A stretch of 64,000 nt of DNA from an uncultured Actinomycetes bacterium (GTDB lineage Bacteria > Actinomycetota > Thermoleophilia > UBA2241): positions 173,788-237,787 of the forward strand of contig CAVPVX010000010.1 in assembly GCA_963709345.1 (NCBI GenBank). The letters run 5' to 3'. The position numbers and the translations under genes are program-made. The notes below the pieces were generated by a model. That model searched no databases, was not told where the DNA came from, and saw only the letters and a program-made list of their open reading frames with translations. How positions within the stretch are numbered: the stretch's first letter is position 1; the number at the start of each line of letters is the position of its first letter. Shown here piece by piece: positions 11,460 to 20,887 of this stretch.

Positions 11460-12636
11460 CGGGGCGCTCCTCGGGGATGTGCTCGACTGCCCGGAAGAAC
11501 TCGGGCCAGAGGTGGACGGGGACGGTGAGCCTGAGCTCGCGCGCCGCGGACCGCAGGTTGTCGCGGCAGAGCACGCAGGTGGTCACCACCGGCGCCTGCG
11601 ACGCCGCGGCGAACTCCAGGAGCCGCGCGCTCGCCTTGGTGGCGCCGCGGTACATCCCGCCGAGCGCCCCACAGCAGCCGCTGTGCAGCGTGGGGTAGTC
11701 GACGGCCATGGCGGCGCCGGACTGCTCGGCGGCGTCGCCGAGCGCGGCCAGCGCCGCGTCGCGATCGGCGAGGCAGCCGACGTAGGGAACGAAGGTCGCG
11801 CCGGACGCCCGCAGCGTGATACGCGGGCTGCGGGCGGCGCGCTCTGTGAGCGCGTCCCAGAGCGGCACGGCCTCGACGCCGGCCTCCTCGAGGCTGGCGT
11901 CGCACGCCGGGCACGCCGTGTAGACGCGCTCGTCGGACGCGAAGAGGCTGGCGACGGATCCACGGCTGGGATGGCCGCAGCAACCTGCGTCCGTAGGCTC
12001 GCCCAGACGGACGCCGAACCCGGCGGCCACTTCGTGAACGAGCGCGTGAAGCTTGCGGTCCTGCGGTATGGCGCAGCCGGCGTAGAAGGGCAGCGTCACG
12101 GCATCGCCGGCGGCCGGCCCGGCGTCGCCTGCCCGCCGCCGCCCGCCCAGCGGAAGCAGCTGGCCGGCGAGCTTCACGCCCATCTCCACTGCGCCGATCT
12201 TGTCCTTGGGCAGGTGGCCCTTGACGACCATGGCCGCGCCGAAGCGCAGGTTGTCGATGCGCGGCCGCTTGCGCAGGTGATGAGCGGCGACGTTCGCGGC
12301 GGTGCGCTCGGCGCAGCGGATCGCGTCGCCGTGCTCCTGTTCGAGCCGCCGCAGCCGGCTGAGGATCGACGCGACGTCGATGCCCATCCGGCAGACAGCG
12401 GAGCAGGTTCCGCACTCCGTGCAGCGCCAGAGGTCGTCGCTCTTCAGCACCGCGTCGATCTCCCCGGCGAGGACGAGCCGCACGATGCGCCGTGGGCCAC
12501 GGTAGAGATCGCGTGCGCTCGGGCAGCTCGAGGTGCAGGTGCCGCACTGGTAGCAGATGCGGCATTCCTCCGCGAGGCGAGCGAACTCCTCGACGACGGT
12601 GGGTGGGTACGCGCGGGTATCAGCGACCGCAGTCAT
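11452..12636 (-). CDS. HdrC-like 2[4Fe-4S] domain fused to two compact CCG (HdrB/HdrD-like) domains
   Basis: CYQCGTCTSSCP, CTECGTCSAVC, then FYAGC..GCCG..CPAC and YVGC..GCCG..CVLC; RBS GGAGG before ATG 12636. Confidence 0.8.
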   Translation of the reverse strand: MTAVADTRAYPPTVVEEFARLAEECRICYQCGTCTSSCPSARDLYRGPRRIVRLVLAGEIDAVLKSDDLWRCTECGTCSAVCRMGIDVASILSRLRRLEQEHGDAIRCAERTAANVAAHHLRKRPRIDNLRFGAAMVVKGHLPKDKIGAVEMGVKLAGQLLPLGGRRRAGDAGPAAGDAVTLPFYAGCAIPQDRKLHALVHEVAAGFGVRLGEPTDAGCCGHPSRGSVASLFASDERVYTACPACDASLEEAGVEAVPLWDALTERAARSPRITLRASGATFVPYVGCLADRDAALAALGDAAEQSGAAMAVDYPTLHSGCCGALGGMYRGATKASARLLEFAAASQAPVVTTCVLCRDNLRSAARELRLTVPVHLWPEFFRAVEHIPEERPDD

Positions 12637-15067
12637 GGTCGTCACCTCCTCCGGAGGGGCCGGCGGGGGCGCCCGCGAGGGCGCCGGCTCCGGCGCCGAT
12701 CAGTCCCATCTCGTGCTCGACCAAATCCGGCGAGAGGTCGCCGCCGACCGCCTTTGCATGGAACAGGCGGATGCGCCGGCCGACGCTCCTGCGGTCGACG
12801 GCGCACAGGTGCCACAGCTCGAGCGGCATGGGCACGCCGCCCTCGGCCAGCACCTCCTCCGCGATCTGCATCTGTTCGAGCGCGCTCGCGTCGCCGCTGC
12901 GGTACTGGCAGCGGCCTTCGGCGCAGCCGGCGAGAAAGGCGCCGGCGGCGCCCAGACGAGCCGCCTCCACGATGTGCAGCGCGCTGACGCGTCCGAGGCA
13001 GGGCAGCTCGATGAGTCGCACGCCCTCGGGGTACGTGTCCCGGCGCTGCCCGCTCAGGCTGATGGCCGCTCCGGCGCATTCCCTGCAGTAGAAGCCGACG
13101 ACGGGCCGATCCACGCCCTCCGTCATGGTCGCGATGCGGCCGAAGAGGGCGTCGTCGCTCAGGTTGTGCGCGATCGCCACTTCGGGGCAGTTGGCCGCGC
13201 AGATACCGCAGGCACGGCACGTCTCGGTATCGATCACGGCGAGCTTGCCGTCCTCCTTCACGGAGTCGGGCCGCGGTGTGCCGGCGGGCCGGTCGACCAG
13301 CGTGATGGCGCCGAACGGACACATGTCCACGCAGGTGTCGCAGCCCACGCACTGGGCCGGGTCCACGCGCGATGCCGCCGTGCCGAGGCGCCCGGTCGAG
13401 GTGAGGAAGTTGTGAATCTCGCCGGCGACCGCGGAAGCCTCGGTGTTCACCTCGATCAGCGCCTTAGGCCCGGCGGCGGAGCCGCAGACGAAGATGCCCT
13501 CGCCGCTCGTCTCCGTGGCCCGGTTCTTGCGGTCGAGGATCTCGACGAACCCATCCACATCGCGGTCGACGGCGAGCGTCCCCGTCAGCTCCTCGGCGCC
13601 GGCGGACGGGACCATGCCGGTGCTGAGGACGACGAGGTCCGGCCGAAGCACGCGCTTGCGCGCCGCCGTGACGTCCTCGACCTCGACGACTGGCCGTCCG
13701 GCCGCGTCGAACTGCACCTCCGGCGGCGTGCCGCGAAGGAACTCCACGCCGGCGCGGCGCGCCTCGAGGAACCAGTTCTCGTAGCCCACGCCGGCGGTGC
13801 GCATCTCGAGATAGCAGATCGTGATCTTCATCTCGGGAAAGAGCGTCTTGAGGCGGATCGCGTGCTTGAGCGCGATCATGCAGCAGAGGCGCGAGCAGTG
13901 CGGCAGGTGGCGCTGGTCGCGCGAGCCCGCGCACTGGATCATGACGAGCTCCTCGACCGGCATGCGGCCCAGGGACGCCTGCGCCGCCCAATCGTCCAGC
14001 ATCTCGGCCAGCTCGACCTGCGTGACGACGCCGTCGTGCCCGTAGCCCAGGTAATCGAAGCACTCGCGCGGCGCCGGCTCGCAGCCGGTGGCCGCCAGGA
14101 TCGCGCCGGCATGCACGGTGGCGCGCTGCGGCGACTGCGCGAAGTCGATGGCGTCGACGGGGCACTCGGCGGCGCACCGGCCGCAGAAGGTGCAGGTCTC
14201 GAGGTCGACGGTGCGGATCACGCGTCCGTCGTAGAACTCGGTGAAGATCGCCTTCTTGCCGGGTTCCGATGCCTCGACCTCGCAGACCGTCTCGCACGTA
14301 CCGCAGTTGATGCAGGCGTCGGTGACGATGTTGGGCAGCGTGCGGATGCTCACCTGGAAGTCGCCCGGGTGACCCGTCACGGATTCCACCGTGGATCGCC
14401 GGCGGATCGAGAGGCCGGGGTGGTCGATGGCGACGTTACGGTGGAAGCACTTGCGCGTGCCGGCCTGCGCGTCGGTGGTCGGCAGGCACTGGCCGCAGTC
14501 GTTGGTGGGGAACACGGTGCCGATGCGGGCGGCGCGGCCGCCGAGGAAGGGGCGCCGCTCCACGAGTTCGACGCGGTGTTCCATCTGGGCGAGAACGGCG
14601 GCGGCTTGCGTGCCGGCCACGCCGCCGCCGATCACCACGACCGTGTTCTCCCGCTTCGCGCAGCTCATGGTGTCGGCGGGCGCGTCGGGATACGCGAGCG
14701 ACGAGTCGATGATGCGCTCGGCCTTGCCGGTGACGGCGGCGACGTCGACGCCGTGCACCCAGCTGCAGCTCTCGCGGATGTCGGCGATCTCCAGGTGCAG
14801 GCCGCGCGCCCGGAGCTTGCCGAAGCGGCGCGCGGCGAAGTCGGGAGAGCATCCGGCGAAGACGATCTGGCGCTCGCTCCCGGTCTCCAGAGACTCGAGC
14901 AGCCTCGCCTGGCCGACCCGGCCGCACCAGTGGGTGTCGCGGATCACGTCGGCCTGCCGGCCGACGTGCGTCTCAAGCCGGTCGAAATCGATGTTGCGGA
15001 GGGTCCCGGCGCACTCGCAAAGGAGGACGAGCGGGCGCTGCCGTCCGTTGTCGGCCGGCGCGGTCAT
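12620..15067 (-). CDS. hdrA: Heterodisulfide reductase subunit A fused to a C-terminal MvhD domain
   Basis: CEC, AGCSP, IRESCSWVH, IGGGVAG, FPTNDC, QCAGSRD..HCSRLCC, GIFVCG, two ferredoxin inserts, C-terminal FYCREC..PCLGRV..AGC..CQY. Confidence 0.9.
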   Translation of the reverse strand: MTAPADNGRQRPLVLLCECAGTLRNIDFDRLETHVGRQADVIRDTHWCGRVGQARLLESLETGSERQIVFAGCSPDFAARRFGKLRARGLHLEIADIRESCSWVHGVDVAAVTGKAERIIDSSLAYPDAPADTMSCAKRENTVVVIGGGVAGTQAAAVLAQMEHRVELVERRPFLGGRAARIGTVFPTNDCGQCLPTTDAQAGTRKCFHRNVAIDHPGLSIRRRSTVESVTGHPGDFQVSIRTLPNIVTDACINCGTCETVCEVEASEPGKKAIFTEFYDGRVIRTVDLETCTFCGRCAAECPVDAIDFAQSPQRATVHAGAILAATGCEPAPRECFDYLGYGHDGVVTQVELAEMLDDWAAQASLGRMPVEELVMIQCAGSRDQRHLPHCSRLCCMIALKHAIRLKTLFPEMKITICYLEMRTAGVGYENWFLEARRAGVEFLRGTPPEVQFDAAGRPVVEVEDVTAARKRVLRPDLVVLSTGMVPSAGAEELTGTLAVDRDVDGFVEILDRKNRATETSGEGIFVCGSAAGPKALIEVNTEASAVAGEIHNFLTSTGRLGTAASRVDPAQCVGCDTCVDMCPFGAITLVDRPAGTPRPDSVKEDGKLAVIDTETCRACGICAANCPEVAIAHNLSDDALFGRIATMTEGVDRPVVGFYCRECAGAAISLSGQRRDTYPEGVRLIELPCLGRVSALHIVEAARLGAAGAFLAGCAEGRCQYRSGDASALEQMQIAEEVLAEGGVPMPLELWHLCAVDRRSVGRRIRLFHAKAVGGDLSPDLVEHEMGLIGAGAGALAGAPAGPSGGGDDHDCGR

Positions 15068-15546
15068 GCGCTCACCGCCGCTTCGGCCGGCGGCGCGGCG
15101 GCGGCCGATCCGGCCTCGCCGGCCGTCATCCCGGCGTCTGGCGGCGCGGCGTCCGCCTTCGGCGGCCGCGCCTCGATCGCCCCTGCCGGGCAGGCGCGCG
15201 CGCAGGCGCCGCAGCCCAGACACCGCTCGGAGTCGTAGACGATGGTGCGGTAGACGGTCACCCGCTCCGGGACCTCCACGAGGCCGTCGGGAGCGTGCCG
15301 CATGAGACGCCGGAGCGCGCCGCCGAGGGCGCCTCGGCGGCTGTCGGCCGGCGCTTCGAGCAGCTGGCTCACGTCGAAGAAGTCGCCGCGCCGCGAGGCG
15401 CCCGACGGGCAGCAGGCGGCGCACTTCCCGCACCCGACGCACAACTCCTCGTGGCGGACGATCTCGCAGCCGACGCCGGTCGCGCTCGGCATGACGGAGC
15501 CGGGCACGCGGCTGAGGATCTCGTTGCCGCGACGGCTGAGCGGCAT
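15064..15546 (-). CDS. 2x[4Fe-4S] ferredoxin-like protein
   Basis: CVGCGKCAACCP and CLGCGACARACP; translationally coupled to both neighbours. Confidence 0.85.
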   Translation of the reverse strand: MPLSRRGNEILSRVPGSVMPSATGVGCEIVRHEELCVGCGKCAACCPSGASRRGDFFDVSQLLEAPADSRRGALGGALRRLMRHAPDGLVEVPERVTVYRTIVYDSERCLGCGACARACPAGAIEARPPKADAAPPDAGMTAGEAGSAAAAPPAEAAVSA

Positions 15547-16103
15547 CAGGCGGCCCCCCTCGCGACTGTGGGAGCGCCGGTGTCGCCGCTGAGCGCCGTC
15601 GCCGGCTCGCCACCGGCTGGGGCGTTGATCAGCGAGGGCGCCACCGTGGACCGCGGCAGCGGCGGCAGGCCGCCGATCACGCGGTCCATCTCGCGCACGG
15701 CGGCGACGAACTTCGGCGGCTCGCCGGCGCTCATGGTGAACATCCGGCAGCGCTCGGGCTCGACGCCGACGCTCTTGAGCAGTCGCTGCACGAACGCGAC
15801 CCGGTCGACGGCGTTGAAGTTGCCCTCGCGGTAGTGACACTGGCCGAGCAGGCAGCCGGCGACCATGACGCCGTCTGCACCCTCGGCCAGAGCGCTCAGC
15901 AGGTGGAGCGGGCCGACGCGCCCCGTGCAGGGCACGAGGATCAGCCGGACGGTCGCCGGCAGCGGCGTACGGGCGTTGGCGCTGGAGTCGGCCGCCGTGT
16001 AGGCGCACTCGCGGCAGCAGAAGGCGACGATGGAGCGGCCGGCGGCGGGCCCTGCGGCCCCGCCGGCCGTGCCCGCGCCGGGTGCTCTGGTGGCGCCGGC
16101 CAT
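15546..16103 (-). CDS. mvhD: Methyl-viologen-reducing hydrogenase delta subunit (MvhD/FlpD)
   Basis: AFCCRECAY.AAD, VPCTGRV, GADGVMVAGC..GQCHY.EGN. Confidence 0.9.
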   Translation of the reverse strand: MAGATRAPGAGTAGGAAGPAAGRSIVAFCCRECAYTAADSSANARTPLPATVRLILVPCTGRVGPLHLLSALAEGADGVMVAGCLLGQCHYREGNFNAVDRVAFVQRLLKSVGVEPERCRMFTMSAGEPPKFVAAVREMDRVIGGLPPLPRSTVAPSLINAPAGGEPATALSGDTGAPTVARGAA

Positions 16104-19100
16104 CAGACCGTCGCCTCCGCCAGGAGCTCGGCGTCGCTGTAGCCGCCGAGCTGGATCGCCCCGGTGGGGCACTCCGCGGCGCAGATGCCGCAGCCGCGGC
16201 AGATGTTGGGATCGACCACCGAGTGGGCGTTGGCGCCCACGGTCAACGTCACCGCGAGCTGCGGGCAGGTCGTCTCGCAGACGCCGCAGCCGATGCACAC
16301 CTCCGAGTCGCTCGCGGCGACCTGTGCCGGCGTGAGCACGAAGCCCGTCGAGAGCATCGCCATGGCTCTTGCCGCCGCGGCCTTGGCCTGGGCGATCGAC
16401 TCGGGGATCGTCTTCGGGCCCTGCGCCGTGCCGGCGACGAACATGCCGCTGCGCTGCGTGTCCACGGGCCGCAGCTTGGGGTGGTACTCGCGGATGAAGC
16501 CGGCGGCGCCGGTCTGCAGGCCGGCGACGCGCGCGATGTCGCGCGTGCCATCGCTGGCCTCGAGACCGGCGGACAGGATGACCATGTCGTAGAAGTCCTC
16601 CTGCTTGCGGCCCGTCATCGTGTCTTCGAAGCGCACCCGGAGATCCCCGTTCTCCTCCTCCTGGACTTCGCCGAAGCGGCCGCGCACGTAGCGCACGCCA
16701 CGTTCCTGCACGAGGCGGTAGTACTCCTCGTGCGCCTTGCCGGGCGCGCGCAGGTCGGTGTAGCCGATGGTCACGTCGGCGTCGGGGTAGTGCTGCTTGA
16801 TCAGCGAGGAGTGGAGCGTGGCGAAGAGGCAGCAGATGGCCGAGCAGTGCTCGTTGCCGGTCGACGTGCAGTCGCGCGACCCGACGCACTGCAGCATGAG
16901 GATCCTCTTCGGGACGGCGCCGTCCGACGGACGCACCAACTCGCCCTCCGTGGGGCCGGCGGCGGAGAGAAGGCGCGCCACCTGACTCTGGGTCAGCACG
17001 TTCTTGTGGCGCCCGTAGCCGAGGGGCGCCTTGCGCCTCGCGTCGAACTCCTGGTGGCCGGTGGCGATGATCACGGCGCCGACCGTCAGCTCCTCGAGCG
17101 TCTCGGGCTGGTCCCAGTCCACGGCGCCGGACGGGCAGGCCTGAACGCACGATCCGCAATCGCTGCACACGGCGCAGTTCAGGCAGCGCTTCGCCTCCGC
17201 GACGGCCTCCTCGGCCGTGTAGCCGCGGCTGACCTCGTTCCAGTTCGCGCAACGCTCGAGCCCGTCGACCAGCGCCATGGGGACGCGCTGGCCGATCGCG
17301 ACCGCGTCGAGCTCGGCGTCGCTCGGCCGGGCGGTCTCGGCCCCTTCTTCCCACACGGGCAGCAGGCGCTCGCCGCGCAGGTGGTTGTGGATGGCGGCGG
17401 CGGCGCGGCGGCCGGCCGCCACGGCCTCGATGGCGGTGTAGAAGCCCATCGCGGCTGCGTCGCCGCCGGCGAACACGCCGGCGCGCGTCGTCATCATCGT
17501 CTCGCGGTCGACGCGTATCTGGCCGTTCTCGAGCGCCAGGCCCGGGCAGCCCCGGGCGAAGTCGTCGACCAGGGCCTGGCCGACGGCGAAGATCACCGTG
17601 TCGGCCTCGAGCGCGAACTCGGAGCCGTCGACTGGCACCGGCTGGCGGCGGCCGGACGCGTCGGGGTCGCCCAGCTCGCAGCGCTGCAGCTCGATTCCGG
17701 CGACGGACCCGTCCCGGCCGCGGATGGCCAGCGGCTGGACGAGGAACTCCACCATCAGGCCTTCTTCCCGGGCCTCTTCGACCTCGGTGACGTTGGCCGG
17801 CATCTCGACGCGGGTCCGGCGGTACACGAGCGTCACATCGGGCTCGTGGCCGGCCTGCTTCTGGAGGCGGATGGCGCTGCGCGCGGCGTCGAGCGCCACG
17901 TCGCCGCCGCCGATCACGACGACCTTTTCGCCAAGGGCCGGCGTGCCGCCGAGGTTGAGCTCGCGGAGGAGCTCCACGGCGCGGGTCACGCCGCTCAGGT
18001 CGCCGCCGGGGAGCTCGACCGCGGCGCTCTTCTGCAAGCCGGTGGCGAGGAAGACGGCGCTGTAGTCCCGCTCCAGGAGCTCGTCGACGGTGAAGTCGGC
18101 GCCTGCCCGCTGCCCGAGCCGGAGCTCGATGCCCTTGGCGAGGATCTGCTCGACCTCGCGCTGGATCACGTCGTGCGGGAGGCGGTAGTCGGGGATGCCG
18201 GTGCGTAGCATGCCGCCGGGAACCGGCTGCGCCTCGAATACCGTCACCCTGTACCCGAGGTCGGCGAGGTCGCGAGCGCAGGTGAGGCCGGCGGGGCCGG
18301 CGCCGACGATCGCCACGCCTTCGTCGTGGATGACGGGCGCCGGCTGCACCGGCAGCGTCGGCCCCACGGCGTCGGCGACGAAGCGCTTGAGCGCCGCGAT
18401 GGCTACGGGATCGTCGACCTTCCCGCGGGCGCACGCCGTCTCGCAAAGGCGCGTGCAGATGCGCCCGCAGACGCTGCTGAAGGGGTTCGGTTCGCTGGCC
18501 ACGCGATACGCTTCTTCGAGGCGGCTGGCGGCGACCAGCGCCACGTACCCCTGGGCGCTCGTGTGGACTGCGCAAGCGCTCTTGCACGGGCTCCAGCCCT
18601 TCCGCTCCACGGCGAAGGTCGCCGGTACGGCGCCGGCGAAGGGCCGGGAGATCGCGGTGCGGTCGGCGACGCCGAACTCGAACTCGCTCGGGTAGCTGAC
18701 CGGGCACACGGCAGCGCACTCGCCGCAGCCCACGCAGGCCTCGCTCACGTAGCGCGGCTTGTGGCGAAGGGTCACGGTGAACTCGCCGGGCGGCCCGGTG
18801 ACGGCGTCGACTTCGGTGAGCGTGTGCACGGTGATGCGGCCCTCGAGGGCGGTGCTCGTGAGGCGCGGCGCCAGCGAGCACATCGCGCAGTCCTCGGTGG
18901 GGAAGGTCTTGCAGAGGCGCGCCATGTAGCCGCCCAGCGACTGTTGACGCTCGACGATGTGCACGTCGATGCCGGCGGAGGCGAGCTCCTCGGCAGCGGT
19001 CATGCCGGCGATCCCGCCGCCGACCACCAGTGCGGTGCGGTGCAGAAAGGTGCGCCGGCGCGGCAGGTCGCTCTGCTGCCGCGCTCGGGCGATCGCACCG

Positions 19101-19459
19101 GCGATGATGCTCTTCGCTTTCTCCTGCGCGAGCGCCGGCTGATCGCGGTGGACGAAGGAGCAGCCCTCGCGGATGTTGGCGAAGGCGACGGCGTTCTCGC
19201 CGAGCCCCAGCTCGCGGGCGATGCGCTCGAACGTGGGTCCCTGGAAGCGCGGGGAGCAACTCGCGACGACGAGGTGGTCGAGTCCGCGCTCGTCGACGGA
19301 CTCCGAGATGACCTGGTGCCCCTCGGTGCCGCACATGAATTGGTTGATGGCGACGGCGACGACGCCGTCGAGGTTGCGGACGTGCTCGGCCAGGTTCTCG
19401 AGGTCGAGCACGCCGCTGATGTTGCCGCCACACTCGCAGAGGAAGACGCCGGCCCTCAT
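16103..19459 (-). CDS. hdrA: Large HdrA (HdrL-type) with an inserted GltD/NfnB-like NAD(P)H-binding flavoprotein module
   Basis: GVFLCECGGNI, ASCSP, NIREGC, GGGIAG, FPTEDC; insert with SPCKSAC, CGRIC...CETAC, GAGPAG, GIPDYRLP, GGGDVA, GGD; QCVGSRD..CSAICC; GPK.IP; C-terminal ferredoxin. Confidence 0.92.
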   Translation of the reverse strand: MRAGVFLCECGGNISGVLDLENLAEHVRNLDGVVAVAINQFMCGTEGHQVISESVDERGLDHLVVASCSPRFQGPTFERIARELGLGENAVAFANIREGCSFVHRDQPALAQEKAKSIIAGAIARARQQSDLPRRRTFLHRTALVVGGGIAGMTAAEELASAGIDVHIVERQQSLGGYMARLCKTFPTEDCAMCSLAPRLTSTALEGRITVHTLTEVDAVTGPPGEFTVTLRHKPRYVSEACVGCGECAAVCPVSYPSEFEFGVADRTAISRPFAGAVPATFAVERKGWSPCKSACAVHTSAQGYVALVAASRLEEAYRVASEPNPFSSVCGRICTRLCETACARGKVDDPVAIAALKRFVADAVGPTLPVQPAPVIHDEGVAIVGAGPAGLTCARDLADLGYRVTVFEAQPVPGGMLRTGIPDYRLPHDVIQREVEQILAKGIELRLGQRAGADFTVDELLERDYSAVFLATGLQKSAAVELPGGDLSGVTRAVELLRELNLGGTPALGEKVVVIGGGDVALDAARSAIRLQKQAGHEPDVTLVYRRTRVEMPANVTEVEEAREEGLMVEFLVQPLAIRGRDGSVAGIELQRCELGDPDASGRRQPVPVDGSEFALEADTVIFAVGQALVDDFARGCPGLALENGQIRVDRETMMTTRAGVFAGGDAAAMGFYTAIEAVAAGRRAAAAIHNHLRGERLLPVWEEGAETARPSDAELDAVAIGQRVPMALVDGLERCANWNEVSRGYTAEEAVAEAKRCLNCAVCSDCGSCVQACPSGAVDWDQPETLEELTVGAVIIATGHQEFDARRKAPLGYGRHKNVLTQSQVARLLSAAGPTEGELVRPSDGAVPKRILMLQCVGSRDCTSTGNEHCSAICCLFATLHSSLIKQHYPDADVTIGYTDLRAPGKAHEEYYRLVQERGVRYVRGRFGEVQEEENGDLRVRFEDTMTGRKQEDFYDMVILSAGLEASDGTRDIARVAGLQTGAAGFIREYHPKLRPVDTQRSGMFVAGTAQGPKTIPESIAQAKAAAARAMAMLSTGFVLTPAQVAASDSEVCIGCGVCETTCPQLAVTLTVGANAHSVVDPNICRGCGICAAECPTGAIQLGGYSDAELLAEATV

Positions 19460-20457
19460 CGCACACCCGCCATCCGGCCGGTAGCGGCGGCGCGCGCGGG
19501 GCCGGCCTTCTGCCGCGCGCCGATGCGCTCGAGGAAGGGCTCGACATCCTGGGAGTGCGACTGGATGCCGACGACCTTCTCGGGGTCGGCGCCCAGGGCG
19601 AGCGCCAGCAACTGCTGCACGTGAAGATGCACGAACGGGTAATCCTCACCCGCGCTCGCGGCGATGATGTCGTGGTAGCGGTCGTACTGCACGTGGCAGT
19701 TGGGGCACATGTGCACCAGTACGTCGACGCGTTCCTCCGCCAGCCGGCGCAGCTTCTTCTGGGTGACCGCAAGCGAGATGGGCGCATTCACGAAGCGCTG
19801 CCTGAAGCCGGCGCCGCAGTGCAGCGTCTTCTCGTTGTAGTTGCCGGTGGGGGTGACGCCGGCCGGCATGAGCAATTCCTCCGGCACCATGAAGTCCTCG
19901 TTGCTCCCCAGCGTCTCGTCGGGAAAGACCTTGCAGTAGTGACAGGCCGGGTGCGTTGCGACCTTGATGCCGTCGAGGCGGCGACGAACGAGGCCGGGGA
20001 CGGACCGGTGAGATCCCCAGAGCACATCCAGCACGTGCTTGTGCTCGACGGTCGCGGCGACATGGTCGTCGTAGGAGCGGCCGACTTTCGCGAGGACGGC
20101 GTTGGTCTCGGCGCGGTACTCCTCCACGGCGAGGATGCTCCGCGCCTTCTTGTTGATCGCGTAGCAGGTGGAGCAGAGATAGCTGAACACCGGATGCTCG
20201 TCGTCCACCGCCACGCAGGCGTTGCGCGCGGCGATGCCCACGGTGGTCTCGATCGGCATGAGGTCGGAGTAGTAGCCCAGGCCTGTGCAGCAGGTCTGCT
20301 CCGGGTTCACGGTGTATTCGATCCCCAGCCGCTCGAAGAGCCACTTGGTGGAAGACTCGACGCCCGGGTACTCGGCCGAGACGAGGCAGCTGCGGAACAG
20401 CGTGATCCCCCCGTTGGTCCGCGGTACGTCCGGGGTCTTCGTGAAGCATGTGCTCAT
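19456..20457 (-). CDS. hdrB: Heterodisulfide reductase subunit B
   Basis: FRSCLVS.EYPG, QTCCTG, CSTC, HPACHY, HCGAGFRQ, CPNCHVQYD, QLLALALG; RBS AGGGAG. Confidence 0.9.
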   Translation of the reverse strand: MSTCFTKTPDVPRTNGGITLFRSCLVSAEYPGVESSTKWLFERLGIEYTVNPEQTCCTGLGYYSDLMPIETTVGIAARNACVAVDDEHPVFSYLCSTCYAINKKARSILAVEEYRAETNAVLAKVGRSYDDHVAATVEHKHVLDVLWGSHRSVPGLVRRRLDGIKVATHPACHYCKVFPDETLGSNEDFMVPEELLMPAGVTPTGNYNEKTLHCGAGFRQRFVNAPISLAVTQKKLRRLAEERVDVLVHMCPNCHVQYDRYHDIIAASAGEDYPFVHLHVQQLLALALGADPEKVVGIQSHSQDVEPFLERIGARQKAGPARAAATGRMAGVR

Positions 20458-20488
20458 GGACTCCCTCGCGATAGACGACAGCCGCCAT

Positions 20489-20535
20489 TATCTATAAGTA
20501 GATGTAGTTTGACCAATAGCATTTGCTTATAGATA
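20489..20535. promoter_or_regulatory. AT-rich inverted repeat / probable operator of the hdr operon (LysR-like T-N11-A boxes)
   Basis: TATCTATAAG...CTTATAGATA perfect 10-bp arms (16 bp with 2 mismatches); contains ATA-N9-TAT; striking AT island about 30 bp upstream of hdrB. Confidence 0.6.
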
Positions 20536-20887
20536 GAGCACACCGCATAAGTGGTCCGGCGTGGGTGGCTCGAGAGGGCCCGGTCGAGCCCCTCGTGCCG
20601 GAGCCGGACTGCGAGAATGGTCGAGGGTCGGGGCGGCGAAAGCGGCCCCGGCCCTCGTGGCGCTCGCGCCCCCGGCGCGCGGTCTTTCTTCAATCTGTCG
20701 TACCGTCATCGACGTTCGCGACGGCCGGACGCGTGCGTTTCGCGAAAGCGGTGGGCCAGGACGATGGAGTGCGGGCAGCACCCGATCGGGTTAGACGGGC
20801 AGCGTTTTCGGGCAGAAGCCAACTAAGGTGTACAGGCTGCGCGACACCCTCTCCGGGGCGTCGTCGCCTCTCCGACGGGAGGACTCC

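Noticed and set aside
15546-19787. 1413-aa and other very long Arg/Pro/Ala-rich alternative-frame ORFs throughout the window
   Set aside because: Shadow ORFs typical of high-GC DNA; only the last 185 aa (MvhD) of this one are real
10785-20457. Selenocysteine in HdrA/MvhD, common in other anaerobes
   Set aside because: All relevant positions are Cys codons in uninterrupted ORFs
20690-20885. Possible riboswitch in the leader of the small zinc-ribbon gene
   Set aside because: No conserved aptamer motifs (c-di-GMP, SAM, TPP, Moco) could be identified
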